A DNA stretch of 64,000 nucleotides from Thermodesulfobacteriota bacterium (lineage in GTDB: Bacteria > Desulfobacterota > UBA8473): NCBI GenBank assembly GCA_040757775.1, contig JBFLWQ010000005.1:8295-72294 (forward strand), read 5' to 3'. The notes beneath the pieces are model-generated. The model ran no database searches, was not told where the DNA came from, and was given only the letters and a program-made list of their open reading frames with translations. Below, one piece after another: positions 1-13,231 of the stretch. Each line of letters opens with the position of its first letter. Positions within the stretch are counted from its first letter, which is position 1. Both the position numbers and the translations under genes were made by a program.

Positions 1-61
1 ATCTTTAACTTCAATGAGTTGTATAAATTCCGAGACGATTACCGACTTGAGAGGAGTTAAT

Positions 62-3000
62 ATGGGTCGTTCAGTATCATTGAATAACCGTATGATACGA
101 AAAAATTTTGCAAGGATCCAAAAGATTATTGATATCCCTGACCTTATAGATATCCAAAAGAGGTCTTATGAAAGATTTTTACAAAAGGATAACGACCCTG
201 ATAAGCGTGAGGATATCGGGCTGCAAGGGGTATTTAAGAGTGTTTTTCCAATAAGAGATTTCAACGGGATTTCCTCCCTGGATTTCGTGAGTTATAATAT
301 GGGAGAACCGAAGTATGGGGTGGATGAATGCCGTCAAAGGGGAATGACTTATGCCCTTCCCCTTAAAGTTACTGTACGGCTTGTTGTTTGGGATGTTGAT
401 GATGAAACAGGCCCCCGAAACATTAGAGACGTTAAAGAACAGGAGGTCTATTTTGGAGAGATCCCATTGATGACTGATAATGGAACTTTTGTCATCAATG
501 GAACAGAAAGAGTAATAGTCAGCCAATTGCATCGATCCCCAGGAATATTCTTTGATCACGATAAAGGTAAAACCCATATTAGTGGTAAATTACTTTATTC
601 TGCAAGGATTATCCCTCAGCGGGGATCATGGATAGATTTAGAATTTGACCCCAAAGATATAATTTTTGTACGTATTGACAGACGACGAAAATTTCCGGCA
701 ACTATTTTGATTAAAGCATTAGGGTATTCTACTGAAGATCTGTTAAATTATTATTATAAATCCGAAAGGATCATTCTTAAAGGCAATATGATATATAGAA
801 GTATGGAACCTGACCTTTTAGTAGGGGTTAAAACTTCAAACGATATCATGTACCCAGAAACTGGTGAAATAATTATTAAGAAGGGTAGGAAAATAACCCA
901 GACTGTTGTTCGCAAGCTGATAGATGCCGGAATAAAGCATATTTCTGTTGGAGTTGAAGATATATTGGGATGTATCAGTTCTCATGATGTAATTGACCCT
1001 AATTCAGAAGAAGTTGTCCTTAAATGTAACGATGAACTTACACTTGAGAAATTTAAGGAGATAAAATCCAGGGGAATAAAGGAATTTGACTTGCTTCATA
1101 TCACTGATGGGAACATTGACTTGTCATTGCGGAATACATTGGCTATTGACAAAATATCTAGTGCCGAAGAAGCAATAATTGAGATTTACCGAAGGTTACG
1201 TCCTAGTGATCCACCTACTGTGGAAACTGCCAGCATCTTTTTTAGTAATCTTTTTTTTAATCCTGAGCGTTATGATCTATCGGAGGTCGGGAGGTTAAAA
1301 CTAAATTATAAGTTGGGTTTGAATATCCCTCTAAAGCATAGGACACTTAGAAGGGAAGACATTCTAGAAGCTGTTAGGGTGCTTGTGGAGTTGAAGAACG
1401 GAAAAGGATCAATAGATGATATTGATAACCTAGGAAATAGAAGAGTTAAGTCAGTTGGAGAACTCGTTGAAAACCAGTACCGACTTGGCTTAGTGCGAAT
1501 GGAGAGAGCCATTAAGGAAAGAATGAGTTTGCAAGAGATTGAAACGCTGATGCCTCATGATCTGATTAATGCTAAACCTGTTTTAGCCGTGGTTAAAGAA
1601 TTCTTTGGCAGTAGTCAGCTTTCTCAATTTATGGATCAAACGAATCCTTTGTCAGAGGTTACTCATAAACGGCGTCTCAGTGCATTGGGTCCGGGTGGTT
1701 TGACCAGAGAACGGGCAGGATTTGAAGTCAGAGATGTACATCCCACCCATTATGGAAGAATCTGTCCTGTTGAAACCCCTGAGGGGCCAAATATCGGTCT
1801 AATTGTCTCTTTAAGCACCTTTGCCAGGGTTAATGAATATGGCTTTATCGAAACCCCTTATAGAGAAGTGATTAATGGAGTTGTAACGAGGAATATCAAA
1901 TATCTCTCTGCAATAGATGAGGAGGATCATATTATCGCTCAGGCTAATGCTCTACTGGATGAAAACGGAAGATTTGTTAGGGAGGTAATTTCTGCTCGTA
2001 AGGGTGGGGAGTTCATTATGATTTCACCAGAGGAAGTTGATTTTATGGATGTCTCTCCTAACCAACTGGTTAGTGTAGCAGCTTCATTGATTCCCTTTTT
2101 GGAGAATGATGATGCAAACAGAGCGCTTATGGGTTCTAATATGCAACGACAAGCAGTGCCTCTAATGCGTACGGATGCTCCTTTGATAGGAACAGGGATC
2201 GAGAGTGTTATTGCTAAAGATTCAGGGGTAACTGTGATAGCGAAGAGAAATGGTGTAGTTGAAAATGTAGATTCCTCTCGCATTGTAGTAAGAATTAAAG
2301 AAGAAGAAAAATGGTTAGATAGTAGTATTGATATCTATAATCTTGTCAAATATCAGCGTTCTAATCAAAACACCTGTATTAATCAAAAGCCCTTGGTGAA
2401 TATTGGAGATGAAATAAAAAAAGGGGAAATTATTGCAGATGGCACAGCAACATATATGGGGGAGCTTGCTTTGGGGCATAATGTTTTGGCAGCCTTTATG
2501 CCATGGGGTGGTTATAACTTTGAAGATTCTATCCTGATAAGTGAGAAAGTCCTGAAGGATGATAGCTTTACTTCAATTCACATAGAGGAATTTGAGGTAG
2601 TTGCTAGAGACACAAAATTGGGAAAAGAGGAGATTACCAGAGATATACCTAATCTCGGTGAGGAGTCTTTAAAGGATCTTGATGAGAGTGGAATTATTCG
2701 TATTGGTGCTGAAGTAGGCCCCGGAGACATTTTGGTTGGGAAGATTACACCAAAAGGAGAGACTCAACTCTCACCTGAAGAAAAATTACTCAGGGCAATT
2801 TTTGGTGAGAAGGCTAGAGATGTACAAGATACTTCTTTAAGGGTTCCGCCAGGGGTTCAAGGGACAATAATTAATGCAAAAGTATTTTCAAGACGAGGGG
2901 TAGAAAAGGATGAAAGGACAAAATATATTGAGAATTCTGAGGTATCAAGACTATTAACTGATCAGGAAGATGAGATTAATATCCTAAAGGATTGTGCTGT

Positions 3001-4216
3001 TCAAAAGATCAAGAAGCTCTTGATTGGAAAAACCTCTGCTACGAAATTAACAGTTGATAAAGAAGGCACTGTTTTATTAAAGAAAGGGCAGGTTATTACA
3101 GAAGAGGATATTCCTAATATCCCTTTTGCTAAATTGAGGGATATCTCAATTGTTGACGGTAAAGATATTGAGTCTGAAATTGATAGAATCATTGAAGTTC
3201 TTAATGAACAGGTTGATTTAGTAAGATTGGTATTTGAACAGAAGATCAACCGGATAACGAAGGGTGATGAGTTACCACCTGGAGTCATAAAGATGGTAAA
3301 GGTTAATGTTGCTGCCAAAAGGAAGCTGTCTGTTGGTGACAAGATGGCAGGTAGACATGGGAATAAAGGAGTGCTTTCTAGGGTTTTGCCAGAAGAAGAC
3401 ATGCCCTATTTAGAAGATGGGACTCCAGTTGATATAGTACTTAATCCCCTGGGGGTTCCTTCAAGGATGAATGTTGGACAGATTTTAGAGACTCATCTGG
3501 GCTGGGCTTCCAAAGGATTGGGTAACTGTATAAATGAATATCTTGAGAAAAACTACGGTGTTGAGGTAATAAAATCAAAAATCAAGGAGATATATTCATC
3601 CAAAGAATTCGATCAGATCATTGATGAAAGCTCTGATGAAGAGATAATTGAATTGGCAAAGAAGCTTAGAAATGGAGTATATATGTCCTCTCCTGTTTTT
3701 GATGGAGCCTCGGAAGATGAGGTTAAAAAATCCCTTGCATTAGCCGGGTTACCTGTCTCCGGCAAGACCATACTTTTTGATGGAAGGACAGGAGAAGCCT
3801 TCGATCAGAAGGTGACTGTGGGAATGATCTATATGATGAAACTACACCACTTAGTAGATGATAAGATTCATGCCCGATCTATTGGGCCATACTCTCTAGT
3901 CACTCAACAACCGCTTGGAGGAAAGGCTCAATTCGGTGGACAGAGGTTGGGAGAGATGGAGGTTTGGGCTCTTGAGGCTTATGGAGCCGCGTACTGCTTA
4001 CAGGAGTTTCTTACAGTAAAATCTGATGATGTGTGGGGAAGGACTAAGACCTATGAAACCATAGTCAAAGGCGGGAATGTTCTGGAGTCAGGATTGCCTG
4101 AATCGTTCAATGTCTTGGTCAAAGAGCTTCAGAGTTTAGCGCTGGATGTGGAGTTAATTGAGGAGGAAGGGTTGTATAAGGATTTCCAGAGTTCTGAAGA
4201 GGAAAAGATTAATTAA
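62..4216 (+). CDS. rpoB: DNA-directed RNA polymerase subunit beta
   Basis: ORF 14..4216 carries RpoB hallmarks ([38 protein letters not shown]; [51 protein letters not shown]). Start placed at ATG 62, preceded by GAGAGGAG. rpoC follows. Confidence 0.97.
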   Translation: MGRSVSLNNRMIRKNFARIQKIIDIPDLIDIQKRSYERFLQKDNDPDKREDIGLQGVFKSVFPIRDFNGISSLDFVSYNMGEPKYGVDECRQRGMTYALPLKVTVRLVVWDVDDETGPRNIRDVKEQEVYFGEIPLMTDNGTFVINGTERVIVSQLHRSPGIFFDHDKGKTHISGKLLYSARIIPQRGSWIDLEFDPKDIIFVRIDRRRKFPATILIKALGYSTEDLLNYYYKSERIILKGNMIYRSMEPDLLVGVKTSNDIMYPETGEIIIKKGRKITQTVVRKLIDAGIKHISVGVEDILGCISSHDVIDPNSEEVVLKCNDELTLEKFKEIKSRGIKEFDLLHITDGNIDLSLRNTLAIDKISSAEEAIIEIYRRLRPSDPPTVETASIFFSNLFFNPERYDLSEVGRLKLNYKLGLNIPLKHRTLRREDILEAVRVLVELKNGKGSIDDIDNLGNRRVKSVGELVENQYRLGLVRMERAIKERMSLQEIETLMPHDLINAKPVLAVVKEFFGSSQLSQFMDQTNPLSEVTHKRRLSALGPGGLTRERAGFEVRDVHPTHYGRICPVETPEGPNIGLIVSLSTFARVNEYGFIETPYREVINGVVTRNIKYLSAIDEEDHIIAQANALLDENGRFVREVISARKGGEFIMISPEEVDFMDVSPNQLVSVAASLIPFLENDDANRALMGSNMQRQAVPLMRTDAPLIGTGIESVIAKDSGVTVIAKRNGVVENVDSSRIVVRIKEEEKWLDSSIDIYNLVKYQRSNQNTCINQKPLVNIGDEIKKGEIIADGTATYMGELALGHNVLAAFMPWGGYNFEDSILISEKVLKDDSFTSIHIEEFEVVARDTKLGKEEITRDIPNLGEESLKDLDESGIIRIGAEVGPGDILVGKITPKGETQLSPEEKLLRAIFGEKARDVQDTSLRVPPGVQGTIINAKVFSRRGVEKDERTKYIENSEVSRLLTDQEDEINILKDCAVQKIKKLLIGKTSATKLTVDKEGTVLLKKGQVITEEDIPNIPFAKLRDISIVDGKDIESEIDRIIEVLNEQVDLVRLVFEQKINRITKGDELPPGVIKMVKVNVAAKRKLSVGDKMAGRHGNKGVLSRVLPEEDMPYLEDGTPVDIVLNPLGVPSRMNVGQILETHLGWASKGLGNCINEYLEKNYGVEVIKSKIKEIYSSKEFDQIIDESSDEEIIELAKKLRNGVYMSSPVFDGASEDEVKKSLALAGLPVSGKTILFDGRTGEAFDQKVTVGMIYMMKLHHLVDDKIHARSIGPYSLVTQQPLGGKAQFGGQRLGEMEVWALEAYGAAYCLQEFLTVKSDDVWGRTKTYETIVKGGNVLESGLPESFNVLVKELQSLALDVELIEEEGLYKDFQSSEEEKIN

Positions 4217-4296
4217 AATTGTTAGTCAGTCCTTCATAGGCGGATAAAAGACATACATTGTATATCCAAAACTTCTAAAATGTAGGAGGGTTGAGT

Positions 4297-7200
4297 GTGA
4301 AAGACTCCTTTGGAATTTTTGAAAACCCCCAGAGCCCATTGAGTTTTAGCTCTCTAAAGATATCCCTGGCTTCGCCAGAAACTATTAGGAGTTGGTCACA
4401 TGGAGAGGTTAAGAAACCTGAGACCATTAATTATAGAACTTTTAAGCCAGAAAGAGATGGTTTATTCTGTGCCAAGATTTTTGGCCCTACTAAAGACTAT
4501 GAATGTAATTGTGGAAAGTACAAGAGGTTAAAACATCGGGGTGTTGTCTGTGAAAAGTGCGGAGTTGAAGTTATTCAGTCGAAGGTTCGTCGAGAAAGAT
4601 TGGGACATATAGAACTAGCATCACCAGTTGCCCATATTTGGTTTTTAAAGAGTCTTCCCAGTAGAATGGGTGCTTTGTTAGACATGACCCTGAGAGAGAT
4701 AGAGAAAATCCTATATTTTGAATGCTATGTGGTTATAAATCCTAATGATGCCCCGTTGAAAATAGGGGAATTATTAACGGAAGAGGGATATCGAAAAGCT
4801 AAAAGGGAATATGGGGATAATTTTTCTGCTGGTATGGGTGCAGAAGCTGTCAGAGAACTATTGAAAAATATAGAGGTAGACAAGCTTTCTGAAGAGTTAC
4901 GCTTGGAAATGAAAAGTACTACTTCGGAGGCAAAGAGAAAGAAGATTGCGAAGAGATTGAGGGTAGTAGAATCTTTCAAAAATTCTGGGAATAAACCTGA
5001 ATGGATGATATTAAAGGTTGTACCTGTTATCCCACCTGATTTGAGGCCATTGGTTCCATTAGACGGTGGGCGATTTGCTACCTCCGATCTTAATGATCTC
5101 TATCGTAGAGTTATTAACAGAAATAACAGGTTGAAAAGGCTTTTGGAACTGGATGCTCCTGAGATTATTATTAGTAATGAGAAGAGAATGCTTCAGGAAG
5201 CCGTAGATGTTTTGTTCGATAATGGAAGAAGAGGAAGGGCCATTACCGGAAGGAACAAAAGGCCATTAAAATCTCTGAGTGACATGCTTAAAGGTAAACA
5301 AGGAAGGTTTAGACAAAATCTCTTGGGTAAACGCGTTGATTACTCTGGCCGTTCAGTTATTGTTATTGGCCCAGAACTAAGGTTACACCAATGTGGACTT
5401 CCCAAAAAGATGGCGTTAGAGCTTTTTAAACCGTTTGTTTATAACAAATTAGAGGAAAAAGGATATGTTAATACTATTAAAAGTGCAAAGAAGATGGTTG
5501 AAAAAGAAACGCCGGAGGTATGGGACATTCTAGAAGAGGTAGTTAAGGAGTACCCTATTCTTCTAAACCGGGCACCAACTTTACATAGGCTGGGAATTCA
5601 GGCATTTGAGCCGGTTTTAATTGAAGGTAAAGCCATTCAATTGCATCCATTGGTATGCGCTGCTTTTAATGCTGATTTTGATGGGGATCAGATGGCTGTT
5701 CATGTCCCGCTATCCATCGAGGGACGGATTGAAGCAAGGGCTTTGATGATGTCCACAAACAATATCCTATCCCCTGCCAACGGAAGACCTATAATTGTTC
5801 CTACACAGGATATTGTTTTGGGTATCTATTATATGACTCGAGACAAAGACTTTGTTAAAGGTTCAGGTAAGGTGTTTTCTAATCCAGAGGAAGTAAGAAT
5901 AGCCTATGATTCTTCGGAAATAGACCTCCATGCAAAAATTGTGGTGAGAATGGATGGAGAACTGGTAGAAACAACAGTAGGAAGAATTCTTTTAAAGGAA
6001 ATAGTCCCTGATGAGATTTCTTTTAGCTCCATTAATAGGGTAATGAACAAGAAGGAACTGGCCAATTTAATCGACCAATGCTATAGATTATGTGGTAACA
6101 AGAAGACTGTTATTTTGGCTGATAGATTGAAGGATTTGGGATATCAATTTGCTACAAAAGCTGGAATTTCTATTTCAATCGATGATATGCTTATTCCTCC
6201 GAATAAATTAGAATTTCTGGAGAAATCCCATAGCGAGGTCCGTGAAATTGAAACCCAGTATACCGAAGGACTTATAACTGATGGTGAGAGGTACAATAAG
6301 GTAATCGATATCTGGGCACAGGCTACGGAGAAGATTGCTGATGATATGTTACATGAGCTGGGTACGGAAGAGATAATTGGAACTGATGGTAAAAAGAAGG
6401 AAATACCTAGTTTTAATCCTATATTTATGATGGCGGATTCTGGTGCTAGAGGAAGTGCGCAACAAATTAGACAGTTAGCAGGTATGAGGGGATTGATGGC
6501 AAAACCATCTGGAGAAATCATCGAAACACCGATTACGGCAAATTTTAGGGAAGGGTTAACTGTTCTACAATACTTTATATCCACTCATGGGGCTCGTAAA
6601 GGTCTTGCCGATACAGCTTTAAAAACTGCCAATTCAGGGTATCTTACCCGCAGGTTGGTAGATGTGGCGCAGGATGCTATTATAACTGAGGCTGATTGTG
6701 GGACTCTGGATGGGATATATGTCTCTTCCTTGGTGGAAGGTGGAGAGATTATTGAGCGAATGGGTGATCGAATATTAGGTAGGGTTGCTTTAGACAACAT
6801 AAAAGATCCTTTTACTGGGAAAATAATAGTAGATGCCAATCAAGAGATTGATGAAAATCTTGCTAAAAAGATTGAAGAAGCTGGTATTGAAAGGGTAAAG
6901 ATTCGTTCCGTTTTAACCTGTCGGTTAAATAATGGAATCTGTGTGGAGTGCTATGGTAGGGATCTTGGCCGTGGGAAAAAAGTCAATCTGGGTGAGGCTG
7001 TGGGGGTAATTGCCGCCCAATCCATAGGAGAACCTGGAACCCAATTGACTATGAGGACATTCCATATTGGCGGAACAGCCAGTAGGCGTGCCGAGCAAAG
7101 TACCCTTGAGTCGAGGACTGAAGGAAAGGTTAAGTTTATAAATTTGAGTGCTGTTAGAAATAAAGAAAACAACTTAGTAGTAATGAATCGTAACGGTATG

Positions 7201-8397
7201 ATTGCGATACTCGACAGCGATGAAAGAGAAAGAGAGCGATACTCTCTTATTTATGGTGCAAAGCTTAGGATTGAAGAAAAAGAGGCTGTCAAGCCAGGAC
7301 AACTACTTGCAGAATGGGATCCATATACCACTCCTATCTTAACAGAGGTTTCTGGGACTGTTAAATTTGGGGATATAATAGAAGGTGTTACTATGCAGGA
7401 GCAAGTAGATGAGGTTACTGGTCTTTCGAGAAAGGTGATTATTGAATCAAAGGACCCTGATACCCGTCCAAGGATTTCTATCAAGAATGAAAGTGGCCGT
7501 ACTGCTAAGTTGCCTGGATCCGAATCCCCTGCGAGATACCTTCTCCCCGTCAAAGCAAATATTATAGTAAATGAAGGGGATAGAGTAAATGCTGGAGATG
7601 TTATTGTCAAGATTCCTCGAGAGACTACCAAGACGAAGGATATAACTGGAGGATTACCCAGGGTTGCTGAGTTGTTTGAGGCGAGGAAACCTAAGGAATA
7701 TGCTGTAATATCCGAAATCGATGGTATTGTTTCCTTTGGTAAAGATATCAAAGGGAGGAGAAGGGTTATAATTACTCCAGAAGTTGGTGAACCTAAAGAA
7801 TACCTGATCTCTAAAGGAAAACATATAAGTGTTCATGAAGGGGATAGAGTGAGGGCAGGGGAGCCTCTTATGGATGGTCCAGCGAATCCTCACGATATTC
7901 TGTATATCCTTGGAGAGAAAGAGCTGGCAAGGTATCTGGTTGACGAAGTACAAGAAGTTTATCGTCTCCAAGGCGTGAAGATAAATGATAAGCATATTGA
8001 GGTAATCGTTAGACAGATGCTTCGTCGAGTTAGGATAAAAGAAGTCGGAGATACAGATTTTCTAATCGGGGAACAGGTGGAGAGGTATGTGTTTGAAGAG
8101 GAAAATGAAAAAATAAGGGCAAAAGGAGGTAAACCAGCTATTGCTGAGCCTCTGCTTCTTGGAATCACCAAGGCTTCGTTGAGTACTGATAGCTTTATTT
8201 CAGCAGCTTCTTTCCAAGAGACAACTAAAGTGTTAACTCAAGCCAGCATTGATGGGAAATGTGACTGTTTGAAGGGTTTAAAAGAGAATGTAATTATGGG
8301 TAGATTAATTCCAGCTGGCACGGGTTTTCCAGGATACAGGAATTTGAAGACAGAAGTTGTGAATTCTAAAGAGGGAATTTGTGTGGAAGAAAAATAG
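4297..8397 (+). CDS. rpoC: DNA-directed RNA polymerase subunit beta prime
   Basis: ORF 4291..8397 has the N-terminal Zn motif [20 protein letters not shown] and the catalytic [15 protein letters not shown] 4297 lies 7 nt after AGGAGG (4284-4289), so it is preferred over the TTG at 4291. Confidence 0.96.
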   Translation: MKDSFGIFENPQSPLSFSSLKISLASPETIRSWSHGEVKKPETINYRTFKPERDGLFCAKIFGPTKDYECNCGKYKRLKHRGVVCEKCGVEVIQSKVRRERLGHIELASPVAHIWFLKSLPSRMGALLDMTLREIEKILYFECYVVINPNDAPLKIGELLTEEGYRKAKREYGDNFSAGMGAEAVRELLKNIEVDKLSEELRLEMKSTTSEAKRKKIAKRLRVVESFKNSGNKPEWMILKVVPVIPPDLRPLVPLDGGRFATSDLNDLYRRVINRNNRLKRLLELDAPEIIISNEKRMLQEAVDVLFDNGRRGRAITGRNKRPLKSLSDMLKGKQGRFRQNLLGKRVDYSGRSVIVIGPELRLHQCGLPKKMALELFKPFVYNKLEEKGYVNTIKSAKKMVEKETPEVWDILEEVVKEYPILLNRAPTLHRLGIQAFEPVLIEGKAIQLHPLVCAAFNADFDGDQMAVHVPLSIEGRIEARALMMSTNNILSPANGRPIIVPTQDIVLGIYYMTRDKDFVKGSGKVFSNPEEVRIAYDSSEIDLHAKIVVRMDGELVETTVGRILLKEIVPDEISFSSINRVMNKKELANLIDQCYRLCGNKKTVILADRLKDLGYQFATKAGISISIDDMLIPPNKLEFLEKSHSEVREIETQYTEGLITDGERYNKVIDIWAQATEKIADDMLHELGTEEIIGTDGKKKEIPSFNPIFMMADSGARGSAQQIRQLAGMRGLMAKPSGEIIETPITANFREGLTVLQYFISTHGARKGLADTALKTANSGYLTRRLVDVAQDAIITEADCGTLDGIYVSSLVEGGEIIERMGDRILGRVALDNIKDPFTGKIIVDANQEIDENLAKKIEEAGIERVKIRSVLTCRLNNGICVECYGRDLGRGKKVNLGEAVGVIAAQSIGEPGTQLTMRTFHIGGTASRRAEQSTLESRTEGKVKFINLSAVRNKENNLVVMNRNGMIAILDSDERERERYSLIYGAKLRIEEKEAVKPGQLLAEWDPYTTPILTEVSGTVKFGDIIEGVTMQEQVDEVTGLSRKVIIESKDPDTRPRISIKNESGRTAKLPGSESPARYLLPVKANIIVNEGDRVNAGDVIVKIPRETTKTKDITGGLPRVAELFEARKPKEYAVISEIDGIVSFGKDIKGRRRVIITPEVGEPKEYLISKGKHISVHEGDRVRAGEPLMDGPANPHDILYILGEKELARYLVDEVQEVYRLQGVKINDKHIEVIVRQMLRRVRIKEVGDTDFLIGEQVERYVFEEENEKIRAKGGKPAIAEPLLLGITKASLSTDSFISAASFQETTKVLTQASIDGKCDCLKGLKENVIMGRLIPAGTGFPGYRNLKTEVVNSKEGICVEEK

Positions 8398-8415
8398 TGT
8401 TGGCAAATAAAAAGC

Positions 8416-8445
8416 TTGACAAATAAAGCGATTATTGAGAATATA
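8416..8445 (+). promoter_or_regulatory. candidate sigma70-type promoter for the str operon (TTGACA -35, weak GAATAT/AATATA -10)
   Basis: Perfect TTGACA at 8416-8421, followed 17-18 nt later by GAATAT/AATATA, about 40 nt upstream of the rpsL start. The -10 element is weak. Confidence 0.35.
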
Positions 8446-8483
8446 CCTAATTTTATGGTTAACAATTTTAGAAGGGAGTTAAT

Positions 8484-8855
8484 GTGCCTACTATAAACCA
8501 ATTGGTCAGAAAGGGGCGTAAGAAGGTCAAAAAGAAAACGGATGCTCCTGCTTTAGGGAACTCGCCACAGAAAAGGGGTGTTTGTACTCGAGTTTATACC
8601 TCGACGCCTAAAAAACCCAATTCAGCATTGAGAAAAGTAGCTAGAGTTAGACTGACTAATGGTATAGAGGTTACTTCTTATATACCGGGAGTAGGGCATA
8701 ACCTTCAAGAGCACTCTGTGATTTTAATTAGAGGGGGAAGGGTTAAAGATTTGCCAGGCGTTAGATATCATGTTATTAGGGGGACTCTGGATTCTGGAGG
8801 AGTTATAGACAGGAAGAGGGGCCGTTCTAAATACGGGGCAAAGAAACCGAAGTAA
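8484..8855 (+). CDS. rpsL: 30S ribosomal protein S12
   Basis: 123 aa, [14 protein letters not shown]... and ...[14 protein letters not shown] start after GGGAG. Canonical position after rpoC. Confidence 0.97.
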   Translation: MPTINQLVRKGRKKVKKKTDAPALGNSPQKRGVCTRVYTSTPKKPNSALRKVARVRLTNGIEVTSYIPGVGHNLQEHSVILIRGGRVKDLPGVRYHVIRGTLDSGGVIDRKRGRSKYGAKKPK

Positions 8856-8902
8856 GTTTTAGCAATAAATGTTTAGTTATTCAAAACCTGTGGGGTAGAA
8901 AG

Positions 8903-9373
8903 ATGCCTAGAAGAAGGGAAGTACCTAAAAGAAATATCTTGCCGGATCCTAAGTATAAGGATATAAACGTAGCAAAGTTTATCAATATAATTATGCTGAA
9001 AGGGAAAAAGAGTTTAGCCGAATCCATAACTTACGGCTTTTTTGATATAATTAGGGAGAAAACGAAGTCTGATCCTATCAAGATTTTTCAAAAGGCTTTG
9101 GATAATGTTAAGCCAGTTATTGAAGTTAAATCTCGCCGTGTTGGTGGGTCAACATACCAAGTACCTATGGAAGTTAGATCTGAGCGACGAGTTGCTTTGG
9201 GGATACGCTGGTTAATTACTTTTGCTAAGAAAAGACAAGAAAAGACAATGGCAGAAAAATTAGCTGCGGAAATTCTTGATGCCGCAAATAACAGGGGTGC
9301 AGCTTTCAAAAAGAAGGAAGATACTCATAAGATGGCTGAAGCCAATAAGGCTTTTGCCCATTACCGTTGGTAG
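8903..9373 (+). CDS. rpsG: 30S ribosomal protein S7
   Basis: 156 aa, [18 protein letters not shown]..., ends ...AFAHYRW. Follows rpsL. Confidence 0.97.
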   Translation: MPRRREVPKRNILPDPKYKDINVAKFINIIMLKGKKSLAESITYGFFDIIREKTKSDPIKIFQKALDNVKPVIEVKSRRVGGSTYQVPMEVRSERRVALGIRWLITFAKKRQEKTMAEKLAAEILDAANNRGAAFKKKEDTHKMAEANKAFAHYRW

Positions 9374-9551
9374 AAAGATGCCATAGGTCTTCCCATCAAA
9401 GACACTACCCAGCTTCACAAATTGGTGTGGTTAAAGGGTCTTTAATCTTAGGATTAGGCTTAGACTTATTGATAGAAGGAGTGTTATTTGTTTTTGGCAT
9501 ATTCAATCTTTAGTTTGAGTCTTTTTTTATGTTTTCGAGGTTGGCATAAAT

Positions 9552-11615
9552 TTGGCAATACTAGTTCCGTTACAAAAGACAAGAAATATAGGGATTATGG
9601 CACATATAGACGCAGGTAAAACTACAACTACGGAAAGAATACTATATTATACGGGTGTTTCTTATAAGATGGGTGAAGTCAACGATGGATCAGCCATAAT
9701 GGACTGGATGGAGCAAGAACAAGAGAGAGGTATTACCATAACCTCTGCGGCTACAACTTGTTTCTGGAATAGTAATAGGATTAACATCATCGACACCCCT
9801 GGCCATGTTGATTTTACTATAGAGGTTGAAAGATCTTTGCGTATTTTAGATGGAGCTGTGGTTATATTTTGCTCGGTAGGAGGTGTTGAACCCCAATCAG
9901 AGACTGTTTGGAGGCAAGCGGATAAGTATCATATTCCAAGGATTGCCTTTATCAATAAGATGGATAGAGTAGGAGCTGATTTTTCCCATGTGATCGATAT
10001 GATGAAAAACAAACTGCAGGCTAATCCCATAGTTCTGCAGTTGCCTGTTGGCAAGGAGGAAAACTTCAGGGGTGTTATTGATCTGATTAAAATGAAGGCT
10101 ATGGTTTATGATGAGAGCACTCTAGGGGCAAAATTTAAAGAAGAGGGTATCCCCCCAGATTTAACTGATTTAGCTTTGGAATATCGAGATAAGCTTATTG
10201 AGTCTGTGGCTGAGCAAGATGAGATATTAATGGGTAGATACCTGGAGGGAAAAACTATCACCAATGAAGAACTTAAACAAGTAATTAGAAGTGAGACTAT
10301 AGCTAACAGGCTTATTCCCGTGTTCTGCGGTGCAGCATTTAAGAACAAAGGAATTCAACCTTTATTAGATGGTATTGTTGACTATCTTCCTTCTCCTAAA
10401 GATGTTCCGTCAGTTAAAGGAGTTAACCCTGATGGTGAAGAAGTGACAAGAGAGGCAGACTATGATGCCCCTTTTTCAGCTTTGGTCTTTAAAATTATGA
10501 ATGATCCATTTGTAGGCCAGCAGTACTTCCTTAGAGTTTATTCTGGGTTTCTTGAGAAGGGTTTGTATGTATACAATTCTACTAAGGATAAGAAGGAGAG
10601 AATTGGTAGGCTTTTAAAGGTGCATTCGAACAAAAGGGAGGAAGTTAGAGAGGTCTATGCAGGTGATATTGCCGTTGCCGTTGGTTTAAAAAATACTATT
10701 ACAGGTGATACCCTTTGTGATAAAAGCCATCCAGTAATTTTAGAATCCATGGAGTTTCCTGATCCGGTTATCTCTGTTGCAATTGAGCCTAAGACGCGCG
10801 CTGATCAAGAAAAACTGGCAGAGTCACTTAACAGATTGACTATAGAGGATCCGTCTTTCAATGTCCGTATAGATGAAGAGACAAATCAGACTATTATTTC
10901 TGGGATGGGGGAGTTGCACTTAGAGATAATTGTGGACAGGTTACTTAGGGAATTTAAGGTGGCTGCTAATGTTGGCAAACCACAGGTGGCTTTTAAAGAA
11001 ACTATTACTAAATCGGTTAAATCAGAGGGTAGATTTGTTCGTCAGTCAGGAGGGCGTGGTCAATACGGAGATGTATGGCTTGAATTAGAACCTCAAGAAC
11101 GGGGGGCAGGTTTCGAATTTGTTAATAGAATTATAGGGGGGAGTATCCCTAAAGAATATATTCCCGCGATAGAAAAAGGTGTGATGGAAGCTATGGGGAG
11201 GGGGGTTTTAGCTGGATATCCTGTAGTAGATGTGAGGGTTACGCTATACGATGGTTCTTACCATGAGGTTGATTCATCAGAATTGGCATTTAAGATTGCC
11301 GGCTCTATAGGTTTTAGAGAAGGGGCAAAGAAAGCCCAGCCGATTTTATTGGAACCTATTATGGCCGTTCAAGTGATGGTTCCAGAGGAATTTATTGGTG
11401 AGGTAGTCAGCAATCTTATTTCTAGAAGAGGGAAAGTTTTAGATATGAATGTTAGGACAAGCTGGAAGATTATAGAAAGTAGGGTACCACTGGCTAATAT
11501 GTTTGGTTATTCAACCGACTTGCGATCGGCTACACAGGGTAGAGCTACTTATACTATGCAGTTTTCCCATTATGAACCGGTTCCAGCTTCCATTGCTGAG
11601 AATATCTTGGGATAG
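9552..11615 (+). CDS. fusA: elongation factor G
   Basis: 687 aa with GTPase motifs [17 protein letters not shown] and NKMDR. TTG start with GAGG about 12 nt upstream; the exact start is uncertain. Confidence 0.95.
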   Translation: MAILVPLQKTRNIGIMAHIDAGKTTTTERILYYTGVSYKMGEVNDGSAIMDWMEQEQERGITITSAATTCFWNSNRINIIDTPGHVDFTIEVERSLRILDGAVVIFCSVGGVEPQSETVWRQADKYHIPRIAFINKMDRVGADFSHVIDMMKNKLQANPIVLQLPVGKEENFRGVIDLIKMKAMVYDESTLGAKFKEEGIPPDLTDLALEYRDKLIESVAEQDEILMGRYLEGKTITNEELKQVIRSETIANRLIPVFCGAAFKNKGIQPLLDGIVDYLPSPKDVPSVKGVNPDGEEVTREADYDAPFSALVFKIMNDPFVGQQYFLRVYSGFLEKGLYVYNSTKDKKERIGRLLKVHSNKREEVREVYAGDIAVAVGLKNTITGDTLCDKSHPVILESMEFPDPVISVAIEPKTRADQEKLAESLNRLTIEDPSFNVRIDEETNQTIISGMGELHLEIIVDRLLREFKVAANVGKPQVAFKETITKSVKSEGRFVRQSGGRGQYGDVWLELEPQERGAGFEFVNRIIGGSIPKEYIPAIEKGVMEAMGRGVLAGYPVVDVRVTLYDGSYHEVDSSELAFKIAGSIGFREGAKKAQPILLEPIMAVQVMVPEEFIGEVVSNLISRRGKVLDMNVRTSWKIIESRVPLANMFGYSTDLRSATQGRATYTMQFSHYEPVPASIAENILG

Positions 11616-11655
11616 GTATGATAGGGAAAAATTCCTGGGAAGGGGGGATACAGGC

Positions 11656-12855
11656 ATGTCAAAGAAGAGGTTTGAGAGGACTAAGCCGCATGTTAACATA
11701 GGTACGATAGGTCATGTTGATCATGGTAAGACGACATTGACTTCAGCGATAACCAGGGTATTGAGTAATCAGGGTTTTGCGGAGTTTAGGTCTTATGATA
11801 GTATAGACAATGCGCCGGAGGAGAAGGAGCGTGGGTTAACGATAGCGATAGCGCATGTGGAGTATGAGACGGGGAAGAGGCATTATGCGCATATAGATTG
11901 TCCTGGGCATGCGGATTACATAAAGAACATGATTACAGGTGCGGCGCAGATGGATGGTACGGTTTTAGTGGTTAGTGCTGCGGATGGTCCGATGCCTCAG
12001 ACGAGAGAGCACATATTATTAGCCAGGCAGGTTAGAGTGCCTTACATAGTTGTATATTTGAACAAGGCGGACATGGTAGATGATCAGGAGTTAATGGAGT
12101 TAGTGGAGTTAGAGGTTAGAGAGCTTTTGACTGATTATGATTTTCCTGGGGATGAGATACCTGTTATATCTGGGTCAGCGCTTAAGGCGTTGGAGTGTGG
12201 TTGTGGCAAGAGAGAGTGTAATAATTGTAGGAGTATATTGGAGTTAATGGATGCGGTAGATGCGTATATTCCTGAGCCTGTTCGGGACATAGACAAGCCG
12301 TTTTTATTACCTGTGGAGGATGTTTTCAGCATATCTGGCAGGGGTACAGTAGTGACAGGCAGGGCTGAGCGTGGGGTAATCAAGGTAGGGGATGAGGTTG
12401 AGATAGTGGGGATAAGGCCGACATTGAAGACAGTATGTACAGGGGTTGAGATGTTCAGGAAGATATTGGATCAGGGTCAGGCTGGGGACAACATAGGGGT
12501 ATTACTTCGGGGGACGAAGCGGGACGAGGTAGAGCGTGGGCAGGTTGTATCGAAGCCTGGCAGTATAACTCCACACAAGAGGTTTAAGGCGGAGGTTTAC
12601 ATATTGGCGAAGGAGGAGGGGGGTAGGCACACTCCGTTTTTCAATGGTTATAGGCCGCAGTTTTATTTTAGGACTACAGATGTTACTGGGGTAGTGGCGT
12701 TACCGGAGGGGGTAGAGATGGTAATGCCTGGAGACAATGTATCGTTGAGTGTAGATTTGGTAACTCCGATAGCGATGGAGAAGGAGTTGAGGTTTGCTAT
12801 TCGTGAAGGTGGTAGAACTGTAGGCGCTGGTGTGATAAGTGATATTATTGAATAA
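11656..12855 (+). CDS. tuf: elongation factor Tu
   Basis: [18 protein letters not shown] and NKAD motifs. The ORF-track start at 11503 is a spurious 5' extension overlapping fusA. ATG 11656 ([17 protein letters not shown]) follows GGAAGGGGGGA. Confidence 0.96.
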   Translation: MSKKRFERTKPHVNIGTIGHVDHGKTTLTSAITRVLSNQGFAEFRSYDSIDNAPEEKERGLTIAIAHVEYETGKRHYAHIDCPGHADYIKNMITGAAQMDGTVLVVSAADGPMPQTREHILLARQVRVPYIVVYLNKADMVDDQELMELVELEVRELLTDYDFPGDEIPVISGSALKALECGCGKRECNNCRSILELMDAVDAYIPEPVRDIDKPFLLPVEDVFSISGRGTVVTGRAERGVIKVGDEVEIVGIRPTLKTVCTGVEMFRKILDQGQAGDNIGVLLRGTKRDEVERGQVVSKPGSITPHKRFKAEVYILAKEEGGRHTPFFNGYRPQFYFRTTDVTGVVALPEGVEMVMPGDNVSLSVDLVTPIAMEKELRFAIREGGRTVGAGVISDIIE

Positions 12856-12898
12856 AATAAAACAATTAATATGTAGGAAAGAGATGGGGTTTTAAGCA

Positions 12899-13213
12899 AT
12901 GAATGAACAAAGTAAAAAGATAAGAATTCGTTTAAAGGCCTACGATTACAGACTTTTAGATCAGTCTGCCGAAGAGATCGTTGAGACTGCTAAAAGGACT
13001 GGGGCAAAGGTTGCTGGACCTATACCTCTTCCTACAGTGATTAATAAGTATTGTGTTTTACGTTCCCCTCATGTTGACAAGAAATCCAGGGAACAATTTG
13101 AAATAAGAACCCATAAGAGACTTTTAGATATAATGGAGTCAACTCAGCAGACAATTGATGCCCTTATGAAGTTAGACCTCTCAGCAGGGGTTGATGTAGA
13201 AATTAAACTGTAG
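12899..13213 (+). CDS. rpsJ: 30S ribosomal protein S10
   Basis: 104 aa, [17 protein letters not shown]... First gene of the S10 operon order. Confidence 0.96.
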   Translation: MNEQSKKIRIRLKAYDYRLLDQSAEEIVETAKRTGAKVAGPIPLPTVINKYCVLRSPHVDKKSREQFEIRTHKRLLDIMESTQQTIDALMKLDLSAGVDVEIKL

Positions 13214-13231
13214 CAGCTGGAGAATATTGAC

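Noticed and set aside
179-8501. Numerous 60-166 aa minus-strand ORFs inside rpoB and rpoC (for example 179..577, 3001..3402, 6144..6584, 7251..7751).
   Set aside because: They lie antisense to strongly conserved coding sequence, have low-complexity S/P/I-rich translations, and carry no ribosome-binding sites. These are typical shadow ORFs.
11503-11655. The 51-codon N-terminal extension of tuf in the ORF track.
   Set aside because: The extension overlaps the 3' end of fusA in another frame and has no similarity to EF-Tu. ATG 11656, with a strong purine-rich Shine-Dalgarno site, gives the canonical [27 protein letters not shown]-terminus.
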